Source: Octopus bimaculoides
Taxonomy: Eukaryota
Length of the DNA: 64,000 nucleotides
Assembly (NCBI RefSeq): GCF_001194135.2
Contig: NC_068982.1
Location: forward strand, 113,588,044 to 113,652,043
Direction of reading: 5' to 3'
Below the pieces are notes generated by a model. That model saw only the letters and a program-made list of their open reading frames with translations, did no database searches and was not told where the DNA came from. Of this stretch, positions 49,454-61,495 are shown in pieces. The translations under genes and the position numbers were made by a program. Within the stretch, counting starts at the first letter, position 1, and each line of letters starts with the position of its first letter.

Positions 49454-51454
49454 TTATACATATTACTGAACTGCTGGTAAAGATTATTCGTTGACCTTTT
49501 TTTCTGTATATAAAAACCTATGTTTATTGATGAAGTAGTTTCATGTTGTGATTGATTAGCTGAACAGATTTAATGAGATCACAATCGCCGCTAACAAAGA
49601 TATTTTCCTTTCAGCACAAGAATTTAACTTAAACTGGTTCTTAATTTAAGGACATTTTTCGTTTCTTTTCGAGTTGCTAACGAATGCCGCTAGTTTTTCC
49701 TTTTCTCTGTCTCTAACTAGGAGAAAAATATCAATTCATTAAGAATTTTTTGTGTACGTCATTCAAAACTGTAACATAAATGACTTTCGTTAAATCCATG
49801 CCACTTGAGTTACAATATTCCTAATCAGAAAAACATGGACTAACAAAAAAAAACATGTCCATTGATGATCTTATATGTTTTTAATGTTATGTTTTATTTT
49901 TATTAGTCTGGTATATGTACTTCTTATATATTCTCCGGTTCGCCCATATGCTTTCATGGTGCGGGACCGTTCTGTAGCGACTGGTATTATAACTGCTGAA
50001 GTTATGATCTGCCCGTCAGTCAACAGCTGAAGTTGGAAATGCCTTGCAGTGTTATTTCTGTTTAGACAGTAAATACATAGATCCAAATATATGTAGCATT
50101 AAAAATAAATGCAATAGAGACTAGACAACCATCTGGTGGCTATATGGTCGATAAAACATTTTTAGATGTTTTCTGATTAATGATAACGGTGTTTGTGGAT
50201 GTAAGACTTCAGTGAACTAAGTTTTACTACACGGTACGAAATACCACTATGAATCTTGTTTGCTTTTCTAACTTCATTAATGATCCTCTCAAAGCTATTT
50301 GGGTGCTACTGTGCATCACAGAACCTGTAATTCGTTTTACTTTGTGGGTACTGTATCTATTAATTATTTACAACGAGCGTTAAAAATATAGTAAAATAAC
50401 ACTTAAGGCGAAAATTAAATTAAAAAAATAAACTGTGTATATCAATGCAGAATAATGTAACAGACATAGGTTGGTGTAAATAAATGTAAAGTTTGCTAAA
50501 TGTCTTGTATTTACGAAACTTATCCTGTTTGATGATTCTTCGATTCTGCACTGATGTTGTGAAGATGCCCTAATAGCTCGTATTGGAATCTTTTCAAAAA
50601 TAGATTTAAAATTTTATTTGTACCACCCTAAAATACTTCTGCTTTCTGTCAGAAGTTGTGACTGGCAAATAGTATCGGCAATTTGAAAAACCAATGGAAA
50701 CATTACTTGGTGAGGTGATTCTGTTGAAACTGATCCTATGCAAACAGCCACACATACACATTACATAATCAGCATGAACTGTAATGGTAGGTGAAAAGAA
50801 TGGAACCCGGCGAGTTGAGTTCAGATACGGAGTCAAGTATACAACGACCTTTATGTTTGGATAAGTCACGCCTGGGTGACAATTTTTTAACCACCGAGAT
50901 ATGTCACAAATCAAAAATATAATTTGACATTCCTTGAAATCCTATGGAAATCCAAACATAATTTATAATTTTAAGAAAATCTAGAAGATACTTTTTTTAC
51001 ATGATCTAGTCAAATCTGAGTTTTAAAAAAGCAGAAAGGTAAAAGAAGCTTCCCTGTTTAGCGACAGACATGGAAATTCATTGAGTTGCTGCAATAACGT
51101 TTGACTTTCGAACGTAAGCTGGAGTATGTGCTGTCCGGAGCAGTCCTTCAGTTTGCCACCACTCTCTTGTCTTCATACCCTATGAAACAAACCAAAAAGT
51201 GTTGCTCTCTTCACATCGTCTTTTCAGTGTGATAATTATGAATGAAAATAAAGGACACATTAGAAGTATTTTCTTGATTAAGATCGGTACAAAAGGGGAA
51301 AAAAAACTACTAATGTTGCAATGAATTACCTTCTACACTAAACAACATTAGTCATATTAGCTCGAAAGAAAGAACTTTTTACCAGCAGTATTTTCTAAAA
51401 CTTCAAGTAAATTTTCACGTACTAGGACGAAATGTAGAACAATAATAAATAAAA

Positions 51455-52035
51455 TGTAAGCTCCATATACTAGTTCTGTGATTGTCAAAGATGTAAGTGC
51501 TTCGTCTTTTTAATGTATAACGAAGATGGGAAATGTGGAAATGATATACAACTTGAGATGAAATGAACTAGTAAGCAACGATTTATCCTCCGTTATAAAA
51601 TACAATGACTGCCATACATGAAATAAAATAAATATAAAAGGTTACAACAAAGATGTGTGAGAGACTTCGTGGTTAGGCTGGTAGATATAGTTGACATACT
51701 GTTTGGTAGGTGTGTAGATGAAAGCGGAGACTAGCTGGTATCAGATACATCGTTGTCAGAGACGAGTTGCGTGTGGTCGGTGGCGTGTGCCAAAGTCCTA
51801 GACCAGTCGGGAACTGTCCTTATAGAGATCAGTAGGTTCCTAGATCTGGTGATTAATTTCCCGCGTAAGTCAAAAAAATGAACTGCTGCTCCAACACGAT
51901 TGGACAGCTGGAAACCGACCAATACAAACAAGTTCAGCTAATCACATGGTCATGTCACCTGCTGGAATGAAAGGGCTTGTGGAGCCGACATCCGGGTATT
52001 TAAACCTAAACAACTCATAACGAAAACATCTTACA
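51455..52035 (-). mobile_element. Probable older solo LTR
   Basis: Terminal tgtaag...cttaca inverted repeat, near-TSD taaaa/tataa (4 of 5 match), minus-strand TATA-like tataagg (51818-51824) and attaaa near the end. The left boundary could instead be 51492. Confidence 0.5.
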
Positions 52036-52084
52036 TATAATAACAGTGTGAATCACTTCTGCTCCAAAGGTATATCTATGGATG

Positions 52085-53124
52085 TGTAGTGAAACTACTT
52101 ATCGCCATTATATACAAACAAGCCATCTTCCCCGCTGTTATAAATATAATCAAGTTCGGGCGTAGTAGAGAGCAGCCTACTGTATCCATCACGTGACTGA
52201 TTATTATTTGAAGCGGCAACTGCCTCGTACCGTTCCCGCCAGAACGCAAACTGACCAATCACAGCCCTTAATAAGGTCACGTGATAGTGTTCTTCTAATG
52301 CTTTCCTGGAGCCTACCCTCAGCTATAAATAGCCTAAATTATACCCGCCAAATCGTCGCGGTTCAGATCTCTTAGAGACCTGTTCCGTGTACCACACAGA
52401 GCAGCAGCAGCAGTTCCAGCGGCGACATCAACAGCATCTCCAACTACGACTACCAGCATCGCCGCCGCCAGTCAACACGACACTACGACTACCAGCGTCC
52501 CCAACAACGTCAACATGACTTCTACGTACACAAGCTACCAACAGCTAACCAAACTACCGCGGCACTTCTCTCTTCAATTCTGTTTGTGTGATTCATCTTC
52601 ACCACGATAAATAATAGACAAGAACCTAGCCTGCGAAGAACATCTGTACTCAAGAACCCGGCTTGGCATGGAAGCCCTAACATCACAACTAGTGATCGCT
52701 CTGCCACACACGCCTTAACTTCTTATACAGACACTTACCACTGTGTACTCTAAGAACTGGCATAAATTCTTACACGTGTTACTGACTCTTATCGAACTCT
52801 GTGTTACACTCATTCGCACTCACATACACTCTCTTCTTTACATGACGGCCTGTCTTTTATTGTGTTTTCATTATGTCGCATTCACACTCACACACAGACA
52901 TACATTTTAATGCTACAATAAATATTACTGTTATTCATCTTTATCGGTTGTGTTCTATCGTCTTCATTACTGGCATTTACGAATTCACTATGTTATCGAA
53001 GTATAACATATATATATCATTTGATATATTTTTGTGTTCGACCGTGTGACGCGTTTAAAGAAAGGAGCCCTGTTTTTCCATTCGTCACCATTTCTCCTTT
53101 TGGGTTCGCACGGTCGTTCCTACA
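52085..53124 (+). mobile_element. Solo LTR (1040 bp), Ty3/Gypsy-type 4-bp TSD
   Basis: Termini tgtag...ctaca; TSD gatg at 52081-52084 and 53125-53128; CCAAT at 52255-52259; TATA tataaata at 52324-52331; AATAAA at 52917-52922. Confidence 0.88.
52190..52331 (+). promoter_or_regulatory. LTR U3 promoter: two E-boxes, CCAAT, TATA
   Basis: cacgtg at 52190-52195 and 52278-52283, ccaat at 52255, tataaata at 52324. Activity not shown. Confidence 0.55.
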
Positions 53125-54112
53125 GATGTAATTAAGTGCAATGCAGAAAAAAATTCATTTTGTCTATTTTCCCCAGTAAAACGTTTACAAATGAAATTAT
53201 TGCAAGTAAAATCGTTTCTAAGTGTGACCTCAGAAATTATAACAAGGTTTTTGCCGTGAAACTCTTACTGAGTTTCATCGAAAGATGTACGAACTTGTAG
53301 CGAGAACATTCAGCAACCACAGATGTCGCGATTCGCTGGAATGTTTGCCAAACATGATCAGCGTATAAAACCAGTTGCGACTTCGCCTGGAAAGAATATT
53401 ACTCAGATAATCAACAAAATATGGCTAATCACAACTTCATGTGGAAGAGGCTCCAGCAACCATATCCACTTTTGACACACTCCTTTCTGAGCCGCTCAAT
53501 CGATATGATATGACACACGTAATCGAGACCCAGGGAGCTTTGAGTGTGTAGCAGAGAGAGCATGAAACAGCAAAGACGACATGACAGACATACCATTGGC
53601 GACAGCAACACAAAGTTGACTTTCATCATTATGGACTATCCACAGAAACACAACGACTAACAGTAATTTTGCGAATACTATTTCAATAATATCCAATCTC
53701 TCCCAACAAAAATAAGGTTTGTTCGTAAAAACCTCAACATATTTCGTCATTTCTTCTATTTAAAACTGCTGACGCTAGAAATAACCAGCACCCGATAGCT
53801 GTCAGCTCTCAACATCAATAGTCATCTACAGTTAGCAATCAGCTCGAGTTCATGTGGTAACTACATTCAAAAGCCACAAGCCTTTTTTGGACTATACGCA
53901 AATACTAATTTGACTGCAAAGGTATGAACAGTGCCTGTGTGTCTATTCAAAATTAAAACAAAACAGGGATAATTTCAAAGAAGGGGGACGCTGTACAGAT
54001 CAAATGTACACAATGGTACTCAAACTGCGCCTGTTCTTTCAGTTGTCGTGGCAATAATTGCCATGAAATTGTTCTCTAACGGTTCAAACAGAAAAAACAA
54101 AAACATTTCGTG

Positions 54113-54465
54113 CAGGCGTAGCTAAGTGGTAAGAAGTTTGTTTCCCTACCACATGGTTCCAGGTTCAGTAGTTATGTATGGCATCTTAGCAAGTGTCTCC
54201 TACTATAACTCCGGGCCGACCAAAACCTTATGAGTGGATTTGCTATGCGGAAACTGAAAGAAGCCCGTCGTGTGTGTGTGTATGTCTTTGTATCTGTCTA
54301 TCATTACATCTTGATAACCGATGCTGATTTGTTTATGTTCGTGTAACTTAGCGGTCTGGTGAAAAGAAAATGATAGCATAAGTACCAGACTTAGAAATAA
54401 GTACTGGGATCGATCTGTTCGGCTAAACCCTCCAATTCGGGGCTCCAACATGACCGCAGTCATGC
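54113..54465 (+). mobile_element. SINE family A
   Basis: Head gcaggcgtagctaagtggtaagaag...ggttcag; CpGs retained. Confidence 0.88.
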
Positions 54466-55165
54466 CTTAACAAATATTTTAAATCAGGAATTTTTTTCTG
54501 TTTAGCTGCACTTGCGAAAATTTCAATGTTTAATGAAAATTTTAAAATTTGGTATATTGATGTAATNNNNNNNNNNNNNNNNNNNNNNNNNNNNNNNNNN
54601 NNNNNNNNNNNNNNNNNNNNNNNNNNNNNNNNNNNNNNNNNNNNNNNNNNNNNNNNNNNNNNNNNNNNNNNNNNNNNNNNNNNNNNNNNNNNNNNNNNNN
54701 NNNNNNNNNNNNNNNNNNNNNNNNNNNNNNNNNNNNNNNNNNNNNNNNNNNNNNNNNNNNNNNNNNNNNNNNNNNNNNNNNNNNNNNNNNNNNNNNNNNN
54801 NNNNNNNNNNNNNNNNNNNNNNNNNNNNNNNNNNNNNNNNNNNNNNNNNNNNNNNNNNNNNNNNNNNNNNNNNNNNNNNNNNNNNNNNNNNNNNNNNNNN
54901 NNNNNNNNNNNNNNNNNNNNNNNNNNNNNNNNNNNNNNNNNNNNNNNNNNNNNNNNNNNNNNNNNNNNNNNNNNNNNNNNNNNNNNNNNNNNNNNNNNNN
55001 NNNNNNNNNNNNNNNNNNNNNNNNNNNNNNNNNNNNNNNNNNNNNNNNNNNNNNNNNNNNNNNNNNNTACTTTACAAAACTGCACCAATATACCAAATAT
55101 GAAATCAATTGGAACAGAAATTGAAGAAATTGAAAAGTAGCAGTGAAACAGAAAAGATCCTAAAT
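54466..55165. mobile_element. Probable TIR DNA transposon spanning the gap
   Basis: About 100 bp on each side of the gap are imperfect inverted repeats (ttttctgttt..ctgc.actt...atttggtatattg.tg.a.t). Confidence 0.5.
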
Positions 55166-55169
55166 AAGT

Positions 55170-55552
55170 TATTCTTTTACTTGTTTCAGTCATTTGACTG
55201 AGGCCATGCTGGAGCATCGCCTTGAAATGCTTTAGTCGAACAAATTGACATCAGGACTTACTTTAGTACTTATTCTATCGGTTCCTTTTGTCGAGCCGCT
55301 AAGTTATGGGGATGTAAACAAACCAACACCAGATGTCAAGCTATGATGGAGGGACAAACACAGACACACACATAGATATACATACATACGACAGGTTCCT
55401 TTCAGTTTCCGCCTGCCAAATCCACTCATAAAGCTTTGGCCGGTTTGAGGCTATGGTAGAAGACACTTGCCCAAGGTGCCACGCAGTGGGACTGAACTTG
55501 GAATCATGTGGTTGGGAAGCAAGTTTCTTATCATACACCCACACCTGCGCCT
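55170..55552 (-). mobile_element. SINE family A, full length
   Basis: Colinear with 5850-6233. Confidence 0.88.
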
Positions 55553-56871
55553 ATCAGTTATTAACCGATAATACATGACATTTTTTTTTATTCAACTTCT
55601 TAAGCAACGTAAGACAATAAAGCAAAAAAAAAAAAATTAAGTCATTTATTGACAATATATGACATTCAAATTGCAAACATCTAACATAGCATCGTGACAT
55701 TACATGTGTGTTCAGTATTTCTAATGTTGATTAAGACGAATATCCCAGCTGACGCCACGAAGAAACTCAGCCACAGATCTGGTTTTCTCCCGTCGAGTGG
55801 GCTTTTTCCCTCACTGGATTCGTATGTTTCCCAAGGAAGCATTGCAGGCAAATTTTTTTTATTGTCCCAATCGTAGAAAGTAGGCCAGCGCACATAGTTG
55901 TGTTCAGAGCATCAAGACTGATATGTGAGACAAAGATAAGTTATCCTCATGCTAAAGACTTGAAATTATCCAAGTAACAAGTGGAAATGTTAAACCAAAC
56001 GAAAGATCAAGTTTACCACGCATTAATAGGCAACCGTCCCTCATAATCAAAAAGTGATTGATTTTTCAAATGAAATAGAAAAGTTGTTATAGATTTAAAT
56101 ATATCCCGTGTTATCTATCGTGAAATTAATAAAGAACAGAAAAATACTGTAATGGCAACGAAGAGCTCTTGGCACTTACTTAAAAACATTTTAAAAAAAG
56201 AGAGAGACTAATTCTACTGTTAAATAACCAATTATAAGTAGCAAAGTTTCAAATGATTAATGTTCAACGGTATTAAAGAAACATGAAGTGATTAATAAAT
56301 AAAAAAAAAGAAACGCTAGGGTACTTGATTGTTTAGTATTTATGATTTAATTGATGTTTAATGTAAAGTCGGCTTTGAGTCAGTAGACCTACGAAGGAAG
56401 GCGTTGAAACTATGAACATACCGTCTTTCTAAGACAATGTGTCTAGATCCACATAATCTAATATGTTCTTACATATTTTAAAATAATAAATGATATGGCT
56501 GTTGTTTCTAGCAGATGACGAGATCACGTAGGGTCTAGTTGACTCGTTTTAGGTTTTGCTTTGTTAACATAAGAGAATAATTCTTCCATGAAAATATATA
56601 AAATCGAGAAGCAAGTGTCTTCGTATTTAAAGAACGAAAGTATTCGACAAGGAAAGTAAATGCCTGGCGGTGTGTTGTATAGTAAATACAATTGCTTTTT
56701 CTGTGGACAAAATATGTAAATACAAAGATTGCCTGAGGTTTTTTAGGTCCTCATTAAGGACCCACTAGATTTCTATGCGAAGATATTCAAAGGCTTCTAG
56801 GCTCTCCATAAAGTGACACAACCTATACATACAAAGATGTCAATGTGTTCAAGTTTACTGTAAAGACACTT

Positions 56872-57125
56872 TTTCTTTATTCGGCACTTACGGCCACAAC
56901 ACAGAGGGGGACTCTAGAAGGACAGACACAACATTACAATGGGGATATAAAACATAAAACGAATGACAATGAGATGTTATATAATGAAGAATGAAATGGC
57001 TGCATGGGCCCTTCGCTGTAAAGACACACCATGACTACGAAGACCTGGGATGATTTTTCTTACTCAGAAACGGTGGTGGGTTAAAAGCCGAAGCGCTTCG
57101 AGGACTTGGAGCATATTTGAAAATC
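56872..57125 (-). mobile_element. 3' UTR of a non-LTR retrotransposon (L1/Tx1-like)
   Basis: The minus strand ends ...ttgtgtctgtccttctagagtccccctctgtgttgtggccgtaagtgccgAATAAAgaaaaag. The clade assignment is recalled resemblance. Confidence 0.55.
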
Positions 57126-57341
57126 GGCGTAAAGATCACTGACTTGCGTGTAGGAAAAAATACTATTTTGTCGATATAACAACATATGTACATTAATGAC
57201 AGTTGTTTTACCGCCTACGGGTAAGTTTATTTATTAGTGTGTATATGTCTGTGTGTATATATTGTTTTTACGTCGTGTTACAATACAATTTTATATTAAA
57301 CTGAAGGATTACTCAATACTTTATTCTTTATTAAGAATAGT

Positions 57342-57437
57342 GTTAACCATGACATCGAAGTTTCGGCCTGCTTAACCTTCATCACACTGCTGTACATTTG
57401 AGTTCCTCCGGGCCGAAACTTCGAAGTCGTTGTTATC
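57342..57437. repeat. 27-bp inverted repeat containing a degenerate minimal hammerhead motif
   Basis: Arms 57342-57368 and 57411-57437 have 4 mismatches with the inner 14 bp perfect. The minus strand reads GUGAUGA-AGGUUAAGCAGGCC-GAAAC-UUCGAU-GUC. Confidence 0.7.
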
Positions 57438-58463
57438 ACTACTCATGTTAAAGAACTAATGCTGCACTGCATTTTTTGCCTTGAACAAGACAATTTTGAA
57501 AAGATAAATATACATCACTGTTAAATGTTATTGTTCAGCTGAGGATAATATCAATTTTATTTTCTTTTATCGAATATTATCATTAACTGTGTTATGGATT
57601 TTGCCAATGTGTGAGAAAGAAATGAAGTCCACAAATATTATCTATCTATCTATCAGTGTGTGTATGTATGTATCTATCTATCAGTGTGTGTGTGTGTGTA
57701 TAGCATAAAAAACTCCTGCAGAGTAGAAAAGTAAATAAACGACAAAAAAGAAATATTCGATGACGATCATTAATATTGTTAGCTGTCACGCTGCTGTCTT
57801 TTGATAAATCAAAATCCAGTTCAGATGTGAAGTTGGGACACACTAAACATTAGTTTTTGTCATCTTGTTATTTATTTGGAGAGTCTCTCAACAGTCATTC
57901 ATTCTATATCACTGTATTTTGTTGATATATACGTGTGTGTATGTGTTTTCTTTGATATGCAAACAGTTTTATTTACCTTAATATTAACTATATTTCTTAG
58001 CAGTGTGAAATGGGTAAATAATTGAACTTATATTTTGCATGTCTTCTGAAATCAATAATGATGTTGACATGGAAGTGTCTTTGAACAAACCAAAATCAAA
58101 TATTAAACATGGGAGTTTTAATATTTGATATTAAGATACTCTATCTGGGGTTTGTTAACATGGACTGTCAAACTCTAACCCAAGTTTTACTTGTAATATC
58201 AAATATGAAAATTGGTGTTAGCTAACACTGTTATCTTTGTGTTATTAATACACAAGCTTGCATTTTTGTTTTATATTTGAAAGCCACATTGAATTAAATT
58301 TGATCTAATACGGCCGAATTAATTATTATTATTATTATTAATCTTTTTATAGAAATGTAATTACATTTATTGTGAAACTTTAATTAAATTAAAAAATAGA
58401 ATTGTATTTTTTTACAGAATCCAAAATTCTTTCAGACGGCCGCAGATTCCCACCTTTGATTTT

Positions 58464-58608
58464 GAGCAGGCATGGGCAGAGTTTTCGAGAAGCGGGCCGC
58501 ATGAGCCATGGCTCATCATTAGGCGGGTTGAACTACTAAAAAAATTTTAACTCTTTGTTTAGGTGTGCCATTCAGAAAGTGTCGCGGGCCGCAGGTTGCC
58601 CATGACTT
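58464..58608. mobile_element. hAT-like MITE remnant
   Basis: caggcatgggca...tgcccatgac imperfect TIRs with internal gcgggccgc motifs typical of hAT subterminal repeats. Confidence 0.5.
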
Positions 58609-59583
58609 AGAGCATTTCCAAATATCTTTTAGTATGAACACCATGGAAGTGTGGATTTTGTTTTGAAAAGAACTTTATGGCAAACAAACACGTCATATAA
58701 AATATCTTTCAAATCAGAATAAAGTTAACGTGATCGAACCTTATTGCTGATCGAATTTTACTGTATCCAGATATTTGGCATCGCAAATAGTTATCTGGCT
58801 TGTAAGGTATTTATTTCCTCTGAAAAGTTGATTTAACTGGTAGAGTTTATCGATTTCTGTTAAACAAGGTCGATTTTCATAGAAAATAGTGTTTATGGAT
58901 GGGAGCGAAGTTGGGGTATGTACGATATATTAAATCCATCAGGGTCGCGGTTATGACTGTTATCCACCCTACAGAGATATTAATATAGAAAGTGGAAGTT
59001 TGAAACTAAAATCTGGACGAAAATTTGTCTTGTGTCGTCCAATTTCTGTTACAATTTATTAAAGATGTATTTTTTAATACATTATATTCAAACAAACGTA
59101 TTGTTGCTGTAGGAGTTGAGTCTTATTTTTTTTCTACACATTTTTAGATAGCAATTTGATAACTAATTATAAGCATCTGCTTGCTCGTACATTCATCCTC
59201 ATGAGATGGGTTTAAATTTAAACACTGACAGAGCTGATCTTTTTGGCACTTTGCACATAAATAATTTCGTTCTCTTTCGATGTAGCTATTTTTTTTCAGG
59301 TGGCAGCTGAACCGGTCTACATGTACAATAGTTTTGGCAAATATGAGAGCTTTTTATGTCAAGCTTTAGCAAAACAAAGCTACCTGTTAACGTGAAAGCG
59401 TTATTCATTCACATACATAGATACATACACACACACATACATATACAAATGCATACATACATACACATGCGTACACTCATACGCTTATACATGTGTATAT
59501 GTAGGAGAGAAAGTAGGTGAAATAATAATTCATGTATTACATTATATGTTGCACTTGGTAAAAAAATTACAAAAACTTTACCC

Positions 59584-60060
<477 letters not shown>

Positions 60061-60119
60061 AATATTAATGTTAGGAAAAAATCCATGCTAGAAATAGAAT
60101 CAATGTGCAAGGTAAAGAC

Positions 60120-61150
60120 TCCTGTGAGACAACGGTGTTTAGGTAGATATTTGATGAACACTCATTCTTAACCAGTCGTAGGCAAACTGCGGTCTTGAAT
60201 GAGTCTTCTGAATGGCACGCCAAACGAAAAATTGCTTTGAATTCTTTTAGTAGTGTGGCTCACTTCTTGGAAAAGGTTGTCCATGGTAGTCAATGACGTT
60301 TAGAGAACAAGGTAAACACTTAATCTTCACAATGAAGTTTAAGGAGCTTGGTAATCATCTTCAAGGTAGAGTTTAAGGAGCTAGGTAAACATTCTTAGTT
60401 GCGTTTAGGAGGCAAATGACGTTTAGAGTGATAGACACTCATTCTAGACAGTGTAGTTAGGGGAGCTTCTTTTTTTATTTTGAGTCTCAAACGAGGTGAA
60501 AAGTCACTTAGTGTAAGGTACAATGAAGGAGAAATGAAGACGGACGGAATGAATTTACTTTAGACTCGAAAGAATTCAGGAGGAAGAGCGTTCCAAAGTC
60601 TGGCATTTCAAGGAAAGAAATGTATTACCCTAGAAAAACTTCCTTATCCATGGAAGCACAATAGCATTTGAATGAAGATGCTGTGAGTTTCGAATTGGGC
60701 AAGGTGACACAATGTGATCTGGGCTTAAGAAAGTTCATAAGAACACTTACTATGGTAGTAATGATGGAAAAGAATGACTGGCAGATTTCAAACAAAAGAG
60801 GGTCCTGTGAAATTAGAGACTCGCTCTTGAACCTGGTTGAAGAGATCCAAATGAGGTTGAGGAGATCCAAATGACCTGCTCAATAAGACAACAGTTTTCC
60901 ATACAAGGATGAATTGTAGACTTGTAAAGATACTAAATGGCCTCAGATGTGAGGTAGTCCTTAGACCTTATAGAATGACTCCACCTTACAGGAAGCAGAC
61001 CTACCAATTGACTGTATGTAGGAACTCCAAGAAAGATTAGATGAACTATGTGAATACTCTTGACATTTGCTTTTAGAGGACTTAAGTATTAAATTTAGGG
61101 ATGAGGTTAGAGGAATTGTACTTCACTTCACTACTAGACACCTTGTCATG
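60120..61150 (-). mobile_element. CR1/L2-like LINE 3' part with 3' UTR (decayed)
   Basis: The minus strand gives (L)YKSTIHPCMENCC, HLDLFNQVQERV, HHYYHSKCSYEL and ARLWNALP (gccagactttggaacgctcttcct), the CR1 ORF2 C-terminal pattern. Confidence 0.8.
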
Positions 61151-61448
61151 ATGTTTACAAAATAACAGAAATAAATAGAGAAAATTTTCTCAGACTTAAT
61201 ACATAACTATATAAACAAACTAGACTAGTCGTGTTTCTTTACTCTTAGATTTCTTGAGAAAAGGAAACATTGCAAACCTTACTAGTCTCATAACAGCCAT
61301 CCTTTTAATTTCCATTGTATGTATTGAGTACTTTGCCTTAGATTATTATTCTCGCATTTTTTTTAATGAGCTTATGCTTCAAATATTGCCTTCACATTCC
61401 AGTTTAACTGAAAATTTTATTTTGATACAAAAGCTTTTCGTTTTACAC

Positions 61449-61495
<47 letters not shown>

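Noticed and set aside
49930-50000. Peptide AFMVRDRSVATGIIT, resembling a translation-GTPase C-terminal strand
   Set aside because: Too short, with no other motifs or exons nearby.
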